From a virus: a DNA stretch of 52,781 bases. Positions 1-8,287 of this stretch are shown piece after piece (position 1 is the first letter of the stretch; every line of letters begins with the position of its first letter). The notes beneath the pieces were generated by a model, which worked only from the letters and a program-made list of their open reading frames with translations, was not told the origin of the DNA and ran no database searches. A program made the position numbers and the translations under genes. The stretch spans positions 1 to 52,781 of IMG/VR virus record IMGVR_UViG_3300045988_071817, one strand, 5' to 3'.

Positions 1-99
1 ATAAACTTTCATATCTTTGTACCTCTTTTCTTTTTTAACTTCTGAATACAGTGTACCATATTGTAACACATATGTAAATAGTAAATTTAAAAAAAAAAT
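1..99. repeat. Terminal overlap identical to 52683-52781 (circular contig closure or terminal redundancy)
   Basis: Both ends compared by eye and match 99/99. The copy covers the first 4 codons of the 52128-52694 gene, its leader and promoter, and an A10 tract. Confidence 0.95.
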
Positions 100-2351
100 T
101 AAAAATCTATACTGTCACCATACCAATTTCGAGTAATATCACAGTCACATCTAAATGGTAATTTGATTAGATGACTCGGGGCTGTTCTCATTAAATAAGA
201 AAGCCTTTCACTTGCTTCTTTCATATTCTCTTCTGGACATTCGCCTATAACTTCATCGTGTACCTGTATTAATAAGTGAAAATCAAGTTCTTTCATCTTT
301 TCGTCATTATTAATTGCTATCATTGCCAGCTTCGCCATATCCGCTGCAGAACCTTGTACTCTAGCATTAACACACTGTCTTTCCGCCTGTGCTATATACC
401 CGCCATTATCTTTTATCTTGATTCCTTGCGATAAAGCTTGCTGTATTATTTGATTTTTCTTCTGCCAGCCGTATGCTCTTTCCAGCTGTTTAATATAACT
501 TTTTTTAACGCTTTCAGGGACTTCAACGGAAACACTCTTACCGAAAGCCAATGGGTCAAAATTAGTTACATTCCCACTATAACTGAAATCATACTGGTCT
601 AATTGCATATCCTTGAGGTGTCTACGTCTTCCCCAAGCAGTAGTCACATATCCTAACTCTTTAGCCATTCCCTGTGATTCGTCAATGAATTGGGCTAACT
701 GAGGAAAAGCTCTTAACACAGCATCATATATATCCTGAGCTTCTCTGGTTGATACTCCTAATTGTTCGGCAATGGATGGAATTTGTCTTCCATATAAAAT
801 ACCCAATACGATGCTTTTTGCCTGTGTTCTTCTTTCTTTACCTGCTGGATTTACTGTCCCATCTTCCCTAAACTCCAAGCATTCTTCGTAAGGTTGATGA
901 AAGGCTAATCCTGCGATTGTAGCATATATATCTTTTCCGTGAATGAAAGCATCTTGCATTTTCTTATCATTCGATAAATGAGCCGTAACCATTGGTTCCT
1001 GCTGGCTATAATCTGCACCAATTAATACATATCCATCTTGAGCCTTGAACATCTTTCTAATCTCTTTATTGTGTGATGGGATATTCTGCAAGTTAGGGTC
1101 ACTAGAGCTAAATCTACCAGTTTTTGCGCCGTATTGATTATAGCTTGCGTGTACTCTACCATCATCAAGAGCAATCTGTGGCATCTTGTCTATATAGGTA
1201 TTAAGCAACTTATCCACATTTCTAATTCCTAATATTGCTTCGCATATGTTCTTTTCTTTACCCTTAGCGAAATGTTTCAATATTTCTTCACCTGTACCTC
1301 TAGGTGATTTCTTATCAGGGCTTGTAAGTCCTAAAATATCATAAAATAAAATCGCTAATTGTGTTGGGCTTGTTAAAGAAATAGGGTCGGATAGCTTATG
1401 GTTAGGATTCTTCATCTTATAATTATCAATTTGTTCCTTATACATTGATATCGCTTCGTCTGCTTGTTGCTGTCTTTCTTCCTTAATCTTATGATATTTT
1501 TCGTGTAGGTATTCACACACCTCAGAATCTAGGCATACTCCTCTATCTTCCATATCTGCCACAACTGTAATCAATGGCATTTCAATATTCTTAAATACAT
1601 TATAAGGACCAGATAATACTCTTCTATTCAATAAGCCTTTCTGATACTGATAAAGTTCATAAGTCTTAATAGCATCGCCTGCGGCATAAAGATAAGCAAC
1701 CTTTATTGGAACTAAATCAAATGTAATTCCTCCGAATAATTTATCGAATGTGAGGGATTCAGTGTCTGTGCTGTCACAATATTTCAAATGCAAGTCTTTA
1801 AGTCTATGACTTTCATTTTCGTCTATACAGCACGCACCTAACTGCGTATCCCAATAAGGTTCAATATATACTCCCAATGTATGTCTAAGCACTCTTATAT
1901 CATATTTAGCATTGTGGAATATCCACTTTACATCTTTTAATTTATTAAAAAACTCAATTAAATCCTTTAATTCTATTTGATTATTTACTTTTTGCCCTGT
2001 GATGTGTGACTTATGTCCTACAGGTATATAGGCTGATTTTTTTCCTGGAACATACAAACACACGCCGACCAAGTCAACCAATAAAGGATTCAATCCTGTT
2101 GTCTCTGTATCTATAGCACACTCTTCGGCGTCTGCTATAGCCTTTCTATATTCTTCTAATTCTTCAACAGTTCTGATAAGAATATAATCGTCCTTATGAT
2201 GTGCCAATTTAGATTCGGCAATCATTGTCATTGTCTGAATTTGTGAGGCTAAATTTGTTCCTGTGCGAACTGATGTTCTTGTTTTAGCATTTTTAGCTTT
2301 ATTGACTATATTCTTATCTTTAACTGTTTTTCTTGCAAAAGATAGAGCCAT
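99..2351 (-). CDS. Family A DNA polymerase (Pol I-like) with 3'-5' exonuclease domain
   Basis: 750 aa. Exo motif AIDTETTGL. Pol motifs DYSQQEP (A), RRTQAKSIVLGILYG (B) and QVHDEV (C). Confidence 0.95.
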   Translation of the reverse strand: MALSFARKTVKDKNIVNKAKNAKTRTSVRTGTNLASQIQTMTMIAESKLAHHKDDYILIRTVEELEEYRKAIADAEECAIDTETTGLNPLLVDLVGVCLYVPGKKSAYIPVGHKSHITGQKVNNQIELKDLIEFFNKLKDVKWIFHNAKYDIRVLRHTLGVYIEPYWDTQLGACCIDENESHRLKDLHLKYCDSTDTESLTFDKLFGGITFDLVPIKVAYLYAAGDAIKTYELYQYQKGLLNRRVLSGPYNVFKNIEMPLITVVADMEDRGVCLDSEVCEYLHEKYHKIKEERQQQADEAISMYKEQIDNYKMKNPNHKLSDPISLTSPTQLAILFYDILGLTSPDKKSPRGTGEEILKHFAKGKEKNICEAILGIRNVDKLLNTYIDKMPQIALDDGRVHASYNQYGAKTGRFSSSDPNLQNIPSHNKEIRKMFKAQDGYVLIGADYSQQEPMVTAHLSNDKKMQDAFIHGKDIYATIAGLAFHQPYEECLEFREDGTVNPAGKERRTQAKSIVLGILYGRQIPSIAEQLGVSTREAQDIYDAVLRAFPQLAQFIDESQGMAKELGYVTTAWGRRRHLKDMQLDQYDFSYSGNVTNFDPLAFGKSVSVEVPESVKKSYIKQLERAYGWQKKNQIIQQALSQGIKIKDNGGYIAQAERQCVNARVQGSAADMAKLAMIAINNDEKMKELDFHLLIQVHDEVIGECPEENMKEASERLSYLMRTAPSHLIKLPFRCDCDITRNWYGDSIDF

Positions 2352-2606
2352 CTAACTGAATATATCCTTCAAAATATCGTGTAATAAGTGACCTTCTGGA
2401 AATAATTGCTTTGCTATTTTGTGACGTTCTTCAGGGTCTTTTCTGAGCTCTTCTTCACTCATAAATCCTTCAGCAATAGCTTCTTCGAGGTCCTTCTTAT
2501 CTAAAATATTATGCTTATTAAATGTATATATCAATGTACTTAATTCTGCCTGAATTTCAACCAGTGTCCCCCCTAACTGTATTTTTCCACCTTCAACAAC
2601 TATCAT
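2352..2606 (-). CDS. Hypothetical protein (84 aa)
   Basis: Its stop abuts the polymerase start. GGAGG-like site (gaggaggaaatatat) lies upstream of the ATG. Confidence 0.75.
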   Translation of the reverse strand: MIVVEGGKIQLGGTLVEIQAELSTLIYTFNKHNILDKKDLEEAIAEGFMSEEELRKDPEERHKIAKQLFPEGHLLHDILKDIFS

Positions 2607-2621
2607 ATATATTTCCTCCTC

Positions 2622-3278
2622 TTAATATGTTACACGTCGACTTGTTCTTCTTGAACCACCTTCACGTCTAATAGGTTCATTATTTCTGCGACGTTCTGAT
2701 ACATTATCATTATTATTATCTTCCTGTGGGAAAGAGCCTGTATTAAGGTAAGTCATCATTTCATCTGGTGTCTTATCCAAAATAAATGAACCTAAAAATT
2801 CAGGCTTTTCAATTTCACTTAAATCAACTGGTTCCACATCTGGCATTGGGAAAATCTCGTACTGAGTTTTTTTGTCACCCTTTGCCCCTCTTCTTTCAAT
2901 TTCAAAAACCATATTAGAAAGATTAGGATATCTATTGAATAATGCTTCAATCTTCTTAATGAATGTCTTACCTCTTTCCCAGATTTTAACCTTTCCATCT
3001 GCGTGGTCATACATAGCTAGAATCATTACTGGTTTAATTGGAATACCTGCTTCACACAGTGGACAAGCATCCAATGGGTCATCATATGTTCGTTTACAAT
3101 CTACATATCTTTCTGTATCCCCAATCTTTACTTTATGACAAACAAATGCATCTAAATCTGTATATTTGTCATACAAAAACTGCACTCTTGCCACATCACC
3201 ATCATTCTGTAATTTAAGCCACTCGCTTGAATTACCACTTGAATATTTGTCAATATCGTTTACATCAATTCTTCCCAT
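2622..3278 (-). CDS. Single-stranded DNA-binding protein, T4 gp32-like (zinc-containing)
   Basis: 218 aa. The H-X12-C-X10-C-X2-C block (CHKVKIGDTERYVDCKRTYDDPLDACPLC) nearly matches the gp32 His64/Cys77/Cys87/Cys90 spacing. Acidic/basic disordered C-tail. Lies next to the polymerase. Confidence 0.6.
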   Translation of the reverse strand: MGRIDVNDIDKYSSGNSSEWLKLQNDGDVARVQFLYDKYTDLDAFVCHKVKIGDTERYVDCKRTYDDPLDACPLCEAGIPIKPVMILAMYDHADGKVKIWERGKTFIKKIEALFNRYPNLSNMVFEIERRGAKGDKKTQYEIFPMPDVEPVDLSEIEKPEFLGSFILDKTPDEMMTYLNTGSFPQEDNNNDNVSERRRNNEPIRREGGSRRTSRRVTY

Positions 3279-3377
3279 CTTTTTCTCCTTTCTTATCGTG
3301 TGGGTCTTGTTTATCTTTTAGGCATATTCACAGCTTTATTCTGCCTTTATCCCATTATTTTATATGCTGGTAGGAAA

Positions 3378-3424
3378 TTGGCTATAGTGGAATCGAACCA
3401 CCTAAAATCCCAACGATTAGCCAA
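3378..3424 (-). ncRNA. Truncated tRNA-like element (acceptor stem plus T-arm minihelix, no anticodon arm or D-arm)
   Basis: Minus strand reads TTGGCTAATCGTTGGGATTTTA-GGTGG-TTCGATT-CCACT-ATAGCCAA. The T-loop is canonical and the acceptor helix has 6-7 bp, but the body is only about 47 nt. Confidence 0.3.
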
Positions 3425-3490
3425 CCTAAGGTAAATAATCTGTTATGAAAAAACAGAAAAGGTAAACACTCAACCAGTTAGTCTGGCTGA

Positions 3491-3562
3491 CAGCCCTTGT
3501 TGGATTCGAACCAACGTATGCAGGAGTCAAAGTCCTGTGCCTTACCGCTTGGCGAAAGGGCT
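3491..3562 (-). tRNA. tRNA-Gln (anticodon UUG)
   Basis: Manual cloverleaf of 72 nt: AGCCCTT/AAGGGCT acceptor, GCCAAGCGGTAAGGCA D-arm (as I recall, matching the E. coli tRNA-Gln D-arm), CAGGA-CTTTGAC-TCCTG anticodon arm, GTTGG-TTCGAAT-CCAAC T-arm, discriminator G. Confidence 0.9.
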
Positions 3563-3566
3563 ATGA

Positions 3567-3757
3567 TATAATCTATATTAGTTACTTTTATGAAGTTATG
3601 ACCAAAGCAACCTTTATGCCATCCTTCACATAATAGATGGTGTTTGTTGGTATACCTTTAGAAGCCGTTTTTATCACGTTTAGGATTTCTCCGTAATGTC
3701 GAGTTCGCCCTTCCTCTCGAATGCTTTGATTTCATAATTTCCCTAATATAGATTATA
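3567..3757 (-). ncRNA. ORF-free structured segment closed by a 15-bp long-range helix (candidate ncRNA or palindromic DNA element)
   Basis: 3567-3581 (tataatctatattag) is the exact reverse complement of 3743-3757. Inner helices are TTATGAA/TTCATAA, CAAAGCA/TGCTTTG, TCGAG/CTCGA and CCATC/GATGG. No ORF of 60 aa or more. Confidence 0.3.
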
Positions 3758-3851
3758 ATCGGAACTGTAATTTTCATACTAAGTAAACTATCTAGATTCA
3801 TTTACTGTTCTTACTAATTACTTGGTCTGAGGTAGTCCGTCATACCTCGCT

Positions 3852-3956
3852 TGGGATAGGTGGGAATCGAACCCACGAAGTATTGAATGTTCACAGCTGT
3901 TATTCATTCACCAGCTTTCTTTGTTTTACCTGCTTTAGCCTCTTGCATACTATCCC
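3852..3956 (-). tRNA. Non-canonical 105-nt tRNA-like gene (anticodon not assignable; possible pseudo-tRNA or tRNA mimic)
   Basis: Perfect 7-bp acceptor GGGATAG/CTATCCC. Canonical T-arm GTGGG-TTCGATT-CCCAC. Type-II-like D-arm TGC-AAGAGGCTAAA-GCA. No 5-bp/7-nt anticodon arm in the 53-nt middle. Confidence 0.4.
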
Positions 3957-3960
3957 ATAA

Positions 3961-4149
3961 TTATAATATTGTTTTAAGTACATTCAAATATTTAATTTCT
4001 TCAGATGTAAGATTATATCTAACACCATAAGCTAATACATACGGCTTATTATTTAATGACCTAATTTTAAAAGCCTTTTCATCTTCTGTGCCTTCCCATA
4101 AAACCAACTTTAATGTTTCAGTAGGTATACCTATCTTGATAGTCCGCAT
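3961..4149 (-). CDS. Hypothetical protein (62 aa)
   Basis: RBS tggaggtacatatATG. Co-directional with its neighbours. Confidence 0.65.
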   Translation of the reverse strand: MRTIKIGIPTETLKLVLWEGTEDEKAFKIRSLNNKPYVLAYGVRYNLTSEEIKYLNVLKTIL

Positions 4150-4294
4150 ATATGTACCTCCATTTTTTGTTTTGCATATTAGTGTTTATATGTGTTATCG
4201 CTTCACATTGATTTTTATGCCATTATCATTCCACAGTTTACTAAATATTTTTAATTGCTTTATTAAGCTGATTATTATTTATTTTAATGATTTT

Positions 4295-4519
4295 CTACTC
4301 ATCTTGTTTATTCTGTTCCTCCGCTAATCTATCAATATATGACTGAACCTTTGAAACATTCCACAAAACACGCCGACCTATTTCCACTCTTGCTTTTGCA
4401 AGTGTTCCAACCTCAACTGCCGATGGTCTACCACAATCTAATAAATCCTGCAAGCCTTCTGTTGTTACACAAATCTTATCAATGTTTCTTGCTTCTCCGT
4501 TTGTTTTTGTTGTTCTCAT
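4295..4519 (-). CDS. Small HTH DNA-binding protein (excisionase/AlpA/MerR-like), 74 aa
   Basis: Start moved to the internal Met (MRTTKTNGE) because the longer ORF runs through the promoter cassette. The motif VTTEGLQDLLDCGRPSAVEVG...RRVLWNV resembles an HTH_17-type fold. Confidence 0.55.
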   Translation of the reverse strand: MRTTKTNGEARNIDKICVTTEGLQDLLDCGRPSAVEVGTLAKARVEIGRRVLWNVSKVQSYIDRLAEEQNKQDE

Positions 4520-4575
4520 AGTTATTACCTTTTTAACCTTTCTGTGTTTGTCGTTATTTCTTAACTTCTGTGTAT

Positions 4576-4604
4576 AGTATAACATATTGTAATACATATG
4601 TAAA
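4576..4604 (-). promoter_or_regulatory. Sigma-70-type promoter (TTTACA-N17-TATACT) within a promoter-leader cassette
   Basis: Minus strand reads TTTACAtatgtattacaatatgtTATACT and sits upstream of the 4519 start. It is flanked by an A/T-rich UP-like tract. Confidence 0.5.
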
Positions 4605-4699
4605 TAGTAAATTTAAAAAAAATTAAAAAATAATTTTGCAATTTAAAAATTCTTCCTGTAGGTCATTAATATCTCGTTCATCTGTATATACAAGTTCTT

Positions 4700-5275
4700 T
4701 TATATTCTACCCAAACTATAACCGTCAATTATATATTTATCTAATTCACGTTTCATAATTCGCTTTGTTTCTTTATCTTTGTGTACCCATATTCTTCCTA
4801 ATGCTTGAGCACTTATTTTATTCTTTTGCTCAGCGGTTAAATGTTTACCATTCATAGTTCCAATTTTTCCATATCTAGGATTATTTTTCCCAGCTAATTT
4901 ACCTTTCATAGAATTTGAAAATTTATCAGCTCTACTGCCATAATTAACATTATACTTCCTATCACACCATTCAAGATTATCAACATAATTATTATGCTTG
5001 TTTTCGTCAATATGATTTATTTCAGAATAATTATTATCATTGTGAATAAAAGCATTAGCTACAAGTTTATGCACAAGATAATTTTTATATTTTCCGCTAT
5101 TACATAATCTTACAGTTAAATAACCTCTATTATTTAACTGAGATAACACTATGCCCTTCACAAACAATGTATTTTCATTCCTTAAAACATATCTGTCTAA
5201 TGATTTAACCCTTCCGAAATTACTAACCTGATATAGTCCCTCATAACCTTCAATATCTTTCCAAATTTCTTGCAT
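4700..5275 (-). CDS. HNH homing endonuclease (NUMOD4 + HNH_3 + NUMOD3-like repeats)
   Basis: N-terminus MQEIWKDIEGYEGLYQVSNFGRVKSL. HNH core INHIDENKHNNYVDNLEW. C-terminal GKNNPRYGK / GKHLTAEQK repeats. Confidence 0.85.
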   Translation of the reverse strand: MQEIWKDIEGYEGLYQVSNFGRVKSLDRYVLRNENTLFVKGIVLSQLNNRGYLTVRLCNSGKYKNYLVHKLVANAFIHNDNNYSEINHIDENKHNNYVDNLEWCDRKYNVNYGSRADKFSNSMKGKLAGKNNPRYGKIGTMNGKHLTAEQKNKISAQALGRIWVHKDKETKRIMKRELDKYIIDGYSLGRI

Positions 5276-5286
5276 ATTATTTCTCC

Positions 5287-6354
5287 TTAAAATGTTATCT
5301 TAATATTTTCAAATTCATTGTAAGTGCATTCATTTATATCCTTTCTATTTGATGGTAATATTATTTCTTTTATAATTTTATTAGTTATATATTTTTTAAG
5401 TCTTATTCTAGCTTTGATACCAGCAGAATCATTATCTGTCGCTAGTATAAATGTTCTATTAGGCATATCATTTAATTGGCTAAACTGTAAATCATTTCCA
5501 AGACCATTAAGAGCTACAGCATATTTATCACAATGAGTCCAGATAGTTATTGCATCAATCATAGATTCACAAATATATATTTCTTTTGGAAATTCATCTA
5601 ATTGATATAACTCGTATAAACCGTATAAAGGTTTTTCCACTCCTTGTGGATAACTAAAGAATTTTGTGTTTACACTTCGTCTGGCAATGAATAAACAATT
5701 ACCATTTTTATCTCTTATAGGAAATGTGATACACTCTGTTTCTTTATCATAACCAACATCAAAAATCTCAATAACTCTATTATCCATCTTTCGTTCATAC
5801 ATATAAGGATGAATATATCTATATTTGTCTAATTCTTCTTCTGAAATATATGGCGAATCTTTCCCCACACCCAGATAGCTAGATTTAGCCCTTGAACTAT
5901 AATGTACATCAGAGCTATTGAAACTATCGTGAATAGAGCCACTTCCATCAGCATATCTATTAGTATTACGAAAATCCAAAGTATTCCTTCTAACATTTAT
6001 TCCCTCCAATATATTAGGTCTTGTTTCAATTTCAACTGAGTTGAATCTCTTAACAAGCCAATTTTTTCCAAACCTTCCTGCATCGTTATAACCGAATAAT
6101 TCAGACACCATTTCTTCTATAGAACCACTCCACCCACAAGCAAAGCAGTGACATTTATCTTTTTCTCCATTCACGCCAAATGACGGTTTCCTTTCCTGTC
6201 CTTGCTTATGGAATGGACAGTTCGTCTGAATATTAGACCCATTGGGTCTAAATATGTGAAATCTATCTATCCCACGAATAGCTAATTCCGACTTTAGCAC
6301 GTTGAGAATAGTCTGAGTATCCGTCTGCAATATTATATCATCTAATCGTAACAT
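5287..6354 (-). CDS. dnaG: DNA primase (DnaG-like: CHC2 zinc finger + Toprim)
   Basis: CPFHKQGQERKPSF...CHCFACGWSG zinc finger. Toprim motifs YICESMIDAITIW and ILATDNDSAG. Its start overlaps the DnaB stop (TAATG). Confidence 0.85.
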   Translation of the reverse strand: MLRLDDIILQTDTQTILNVLKSELAIRGIDRFHIFRPNGSNIQTNCPFHKQGQERKPSFGVNGEKDKCHCFACGWSGSIEEMVSELFGYNDAGRFGKNWLVKRFNSVEIETRPNILEGINVRRNTLDFRNTNRYADGSGSIHDSFNSSDVHYSSRAKSSYLGVGKDSPYISEEELDKYRYIHPYMYERKMDNRVIEIFDVGYDKETECITFPIRDKNGNCLFIARRSVNTKFFSYPQGVEKPLYGLYELYQLDEFPKEIYICESMIDAITIWTHCDKYAVALNGLGNDLQFSQLNDMPNRTFILATDNDSAGIKARIRLKKYITNKIIKEIILPSNRKDINECTYNEFENIKITF

Positions 6355-7628
6355 TAATATTCCTCCCCACTAATCTCAACGTCAGCATAGCGTCTCCTTA
6401 ATTCTTGAGCTTTTTCCTCATCTTGCTCACCCTTTTCAGGTTGTGGAATGTATTCAAAAGTTCCCTTATCAGTATCCCATAGATACACCCATTTAAGTCC
6501 AACTCTCGCATTTCTGGACTTAACATTCTGTATCTGCAAGCCTACTTCTTTCTGCTGTATTGAAAGAACCACAGACGCATTATAAGCTATTCCATCACTG
6601 TCCCTAATATTCTCCAACTCTAAATCTTCATTCTGTGTTCCTGCTCTATTGGACTGAACGACTACTAATATAGGTATGCCTAAATCAATGCTTAATTGCA
6701 TCAAATCTTCACTGATATTGGTTAACTGAGTAGTCTTATTATCGCCACGCTGCATACGTTCATCCTTGATATAGCTAATACCATCCACAGCTAATATATC
6801 CAATTCATTATTCTGACACCAAGTCTTCAGCTTGCTAACTGTAACCTTATTATCAAAATCACGCAAGGAGCTAACATAGAATGGAGTATCTGACTGTGAT
6901 AAATGATTGATATACTTACCATAGCCTTGTATGTCATCACCTCTGTATAATGCTTGGGAGCTTATGTTTTGATGTACTGTATCAAATCTAAATCCTGTTT
7001 TATTTGCGGACATTTCAGGTTCTACCAATCCTACTCGCATCTTCATCTTCCAGGCGTGTTCAAGCATTTTGATAATAACCCAAGATTTTCCTTGACCAGT
7101 TCTTGCGAATAACACTACTAATTCTTCTCCACGATGCCAACCGCCTAAATCATCATCAATCTCCTTGAATCCACTAGGAATAAATTTAATATCTTTATTC
7201 TGTTTAGTGTCTTGCCATTCCTTGAAGCGGTCTTCACTGTGCTTTATGATATCAACACCTATAGAATCTGTATTTATATTTAGGTCGTCCATATGTGACT
7301 TCAAGTAATCCACAGCTTCATATGAATCCGTCTGTAATAATTCAGCCAGCTTTGTAATTATTGGAACTGATTTGGAATACAAGTGTTCTTCACGGAAAGT
7401 CTTAACGAGGTATTCGTCAGATTCATTCACATTCAATATATCAAATTCAGGGAAATCTGAAAGAAATGTCTCCTTGTCAGGAACATTACCATACTTCGCT
7501 ATATGTTCTGCTATGTATTCATATTCCTCGCTATACTGGTTGAAATAATCAGCTGTAATATTATTATCTTGCAGGATAGATATGCTTTTACTATCAAGTA
7601 TTCTGTTAATTATCTGTAATTCTACCAT
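6354..7628 (-). CDS. dnaB: Replicative DNA helicase (DnaB family)
   Basis: 424 aa. Walker A FARTGQGKSW and Walker B ILAVDGISY. DnaB-like N-terminal domain. Confidence 0.85.
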   Translation of the reverse strand: MVELQIINRILDSKSISILQDNNITADYFNQYSEEYEYIAEHIAKYGNVPDKETFLSDFPEFDILNVNESDEYLVKTFREEHLYSKSVPIITKLAELLQTDSYEAVDYLKSHMDDLNINTDSIGVDIIKHSEDRFKEWQDTKQNKDIKFIPSGFKEIDDDLGGWHRGEELVVLFARTGQGKSWVIIKMLEHAWKMKMRVGLVEPEMSANKTGFRFDTVHQNISSQALYRGDDIQGYGKYINHLSQSDTPFYVSSLRDFDNKVTVSKLKTWCQNNELDILAVDGISYIKDERMQRGDNKTTQLTNISEDLMQLSIDLGIPILVVVQSNRAGTQNEDLELENIRDSDGIAYNASVVLSIQQKEVGLQIQNVKSRNARVGLKWVYLWDTDKGTFEYIPQPEKGEQDEEKAQELRRRYADVEISGEEY

Positions 7629-8287
7629 TTACTGCACCTCTTATCATTTTCTTTTAATTCTATAATCGTGGAGCAATTATAAATTCGACTTGCTAAACGT
7701 TCTCCTAACATATCCTGCAATTCATTGAAATCCCTGTTACTTGTATATATGTTACTCTTTCCAGCATTAATTCTTCCGTCTATGTACTGTAGCAGTATTT
7801 GATGTTCATATCCTGTCGCTGTATTATCACCAATATCATCCCATATCACTAAGTCCACGGAACTAATCAAGTTACAAAGCTCCTCAAAGCCTTCTACCTT
7901 TTGTGAAATAGAACGCTTACAAGAATAAAGAAAATGTGGAACATTCACATATAAGGCTCTACATTCAAGACAGCTCTCAGCCCATATTTCATCAAAATAC
8001 CTATACATTAGTCGCATTGCCCAACTTGTCTTACCATTACCACAATTATGAGAATAAAGATATAAATTATTCCCACCTGTAATAAATTCCAAAATATTAT
8101 TACTGATATCAGTCAGACGTTGGAAACTTTTTAAATCTTTGTCACCACAAGATAAAGGCTTATATTCCCATAAGGCTTCAGGAGCTCGTGATAAATGGAA
8201 TAATGTATATACAAGGTTGTAGCGAATACAACTCTCTGAACATTTATTCCTACATTTATCTGTATACCAACACTTATTAATATTCAT
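7622..8287 (-). CDS. Helicase loader, DnaC/IstB-like AAA+ ATPase with Cys-rich N-terminus
   Basis: Walker A HNCGNGKTSWA and Walker B LVIWDDIGD. Located directly upstream of DnaB. Confidence 0.75.
   Translation of the reverse strand: MNINKCWYTDKCRNKCSESCIRYNLVYTLFHLSRAPEALWEYKPLSCGDKDLKSFQRLTDISNNILEFITGGNNLYLYSHNCGNGKTSWAMRLMYRYFDEIWAESCLECRALYVNVPHFLYSCKRSISQKVEGFEELCNLISSVDLVIWDDIGDNTATGYEHQILLQYIDGRINAGKSNIYTSNRDFNELQDMLGERLASRIYNCSTIIELKENDKRCSKW

Noticed and set aside
3491-3562. Possibility that the phage tRNA is a suppressor and that the phage uses stop-codon recoding, as in some gut phages.
   Set aside because: The anticodon loop CUUUGAC gives UUG (Gln, a sense codon). The long late genes (TMP, portal, TerL, MCP) are uninterrupted under the standard code, so no recoding signal is present.
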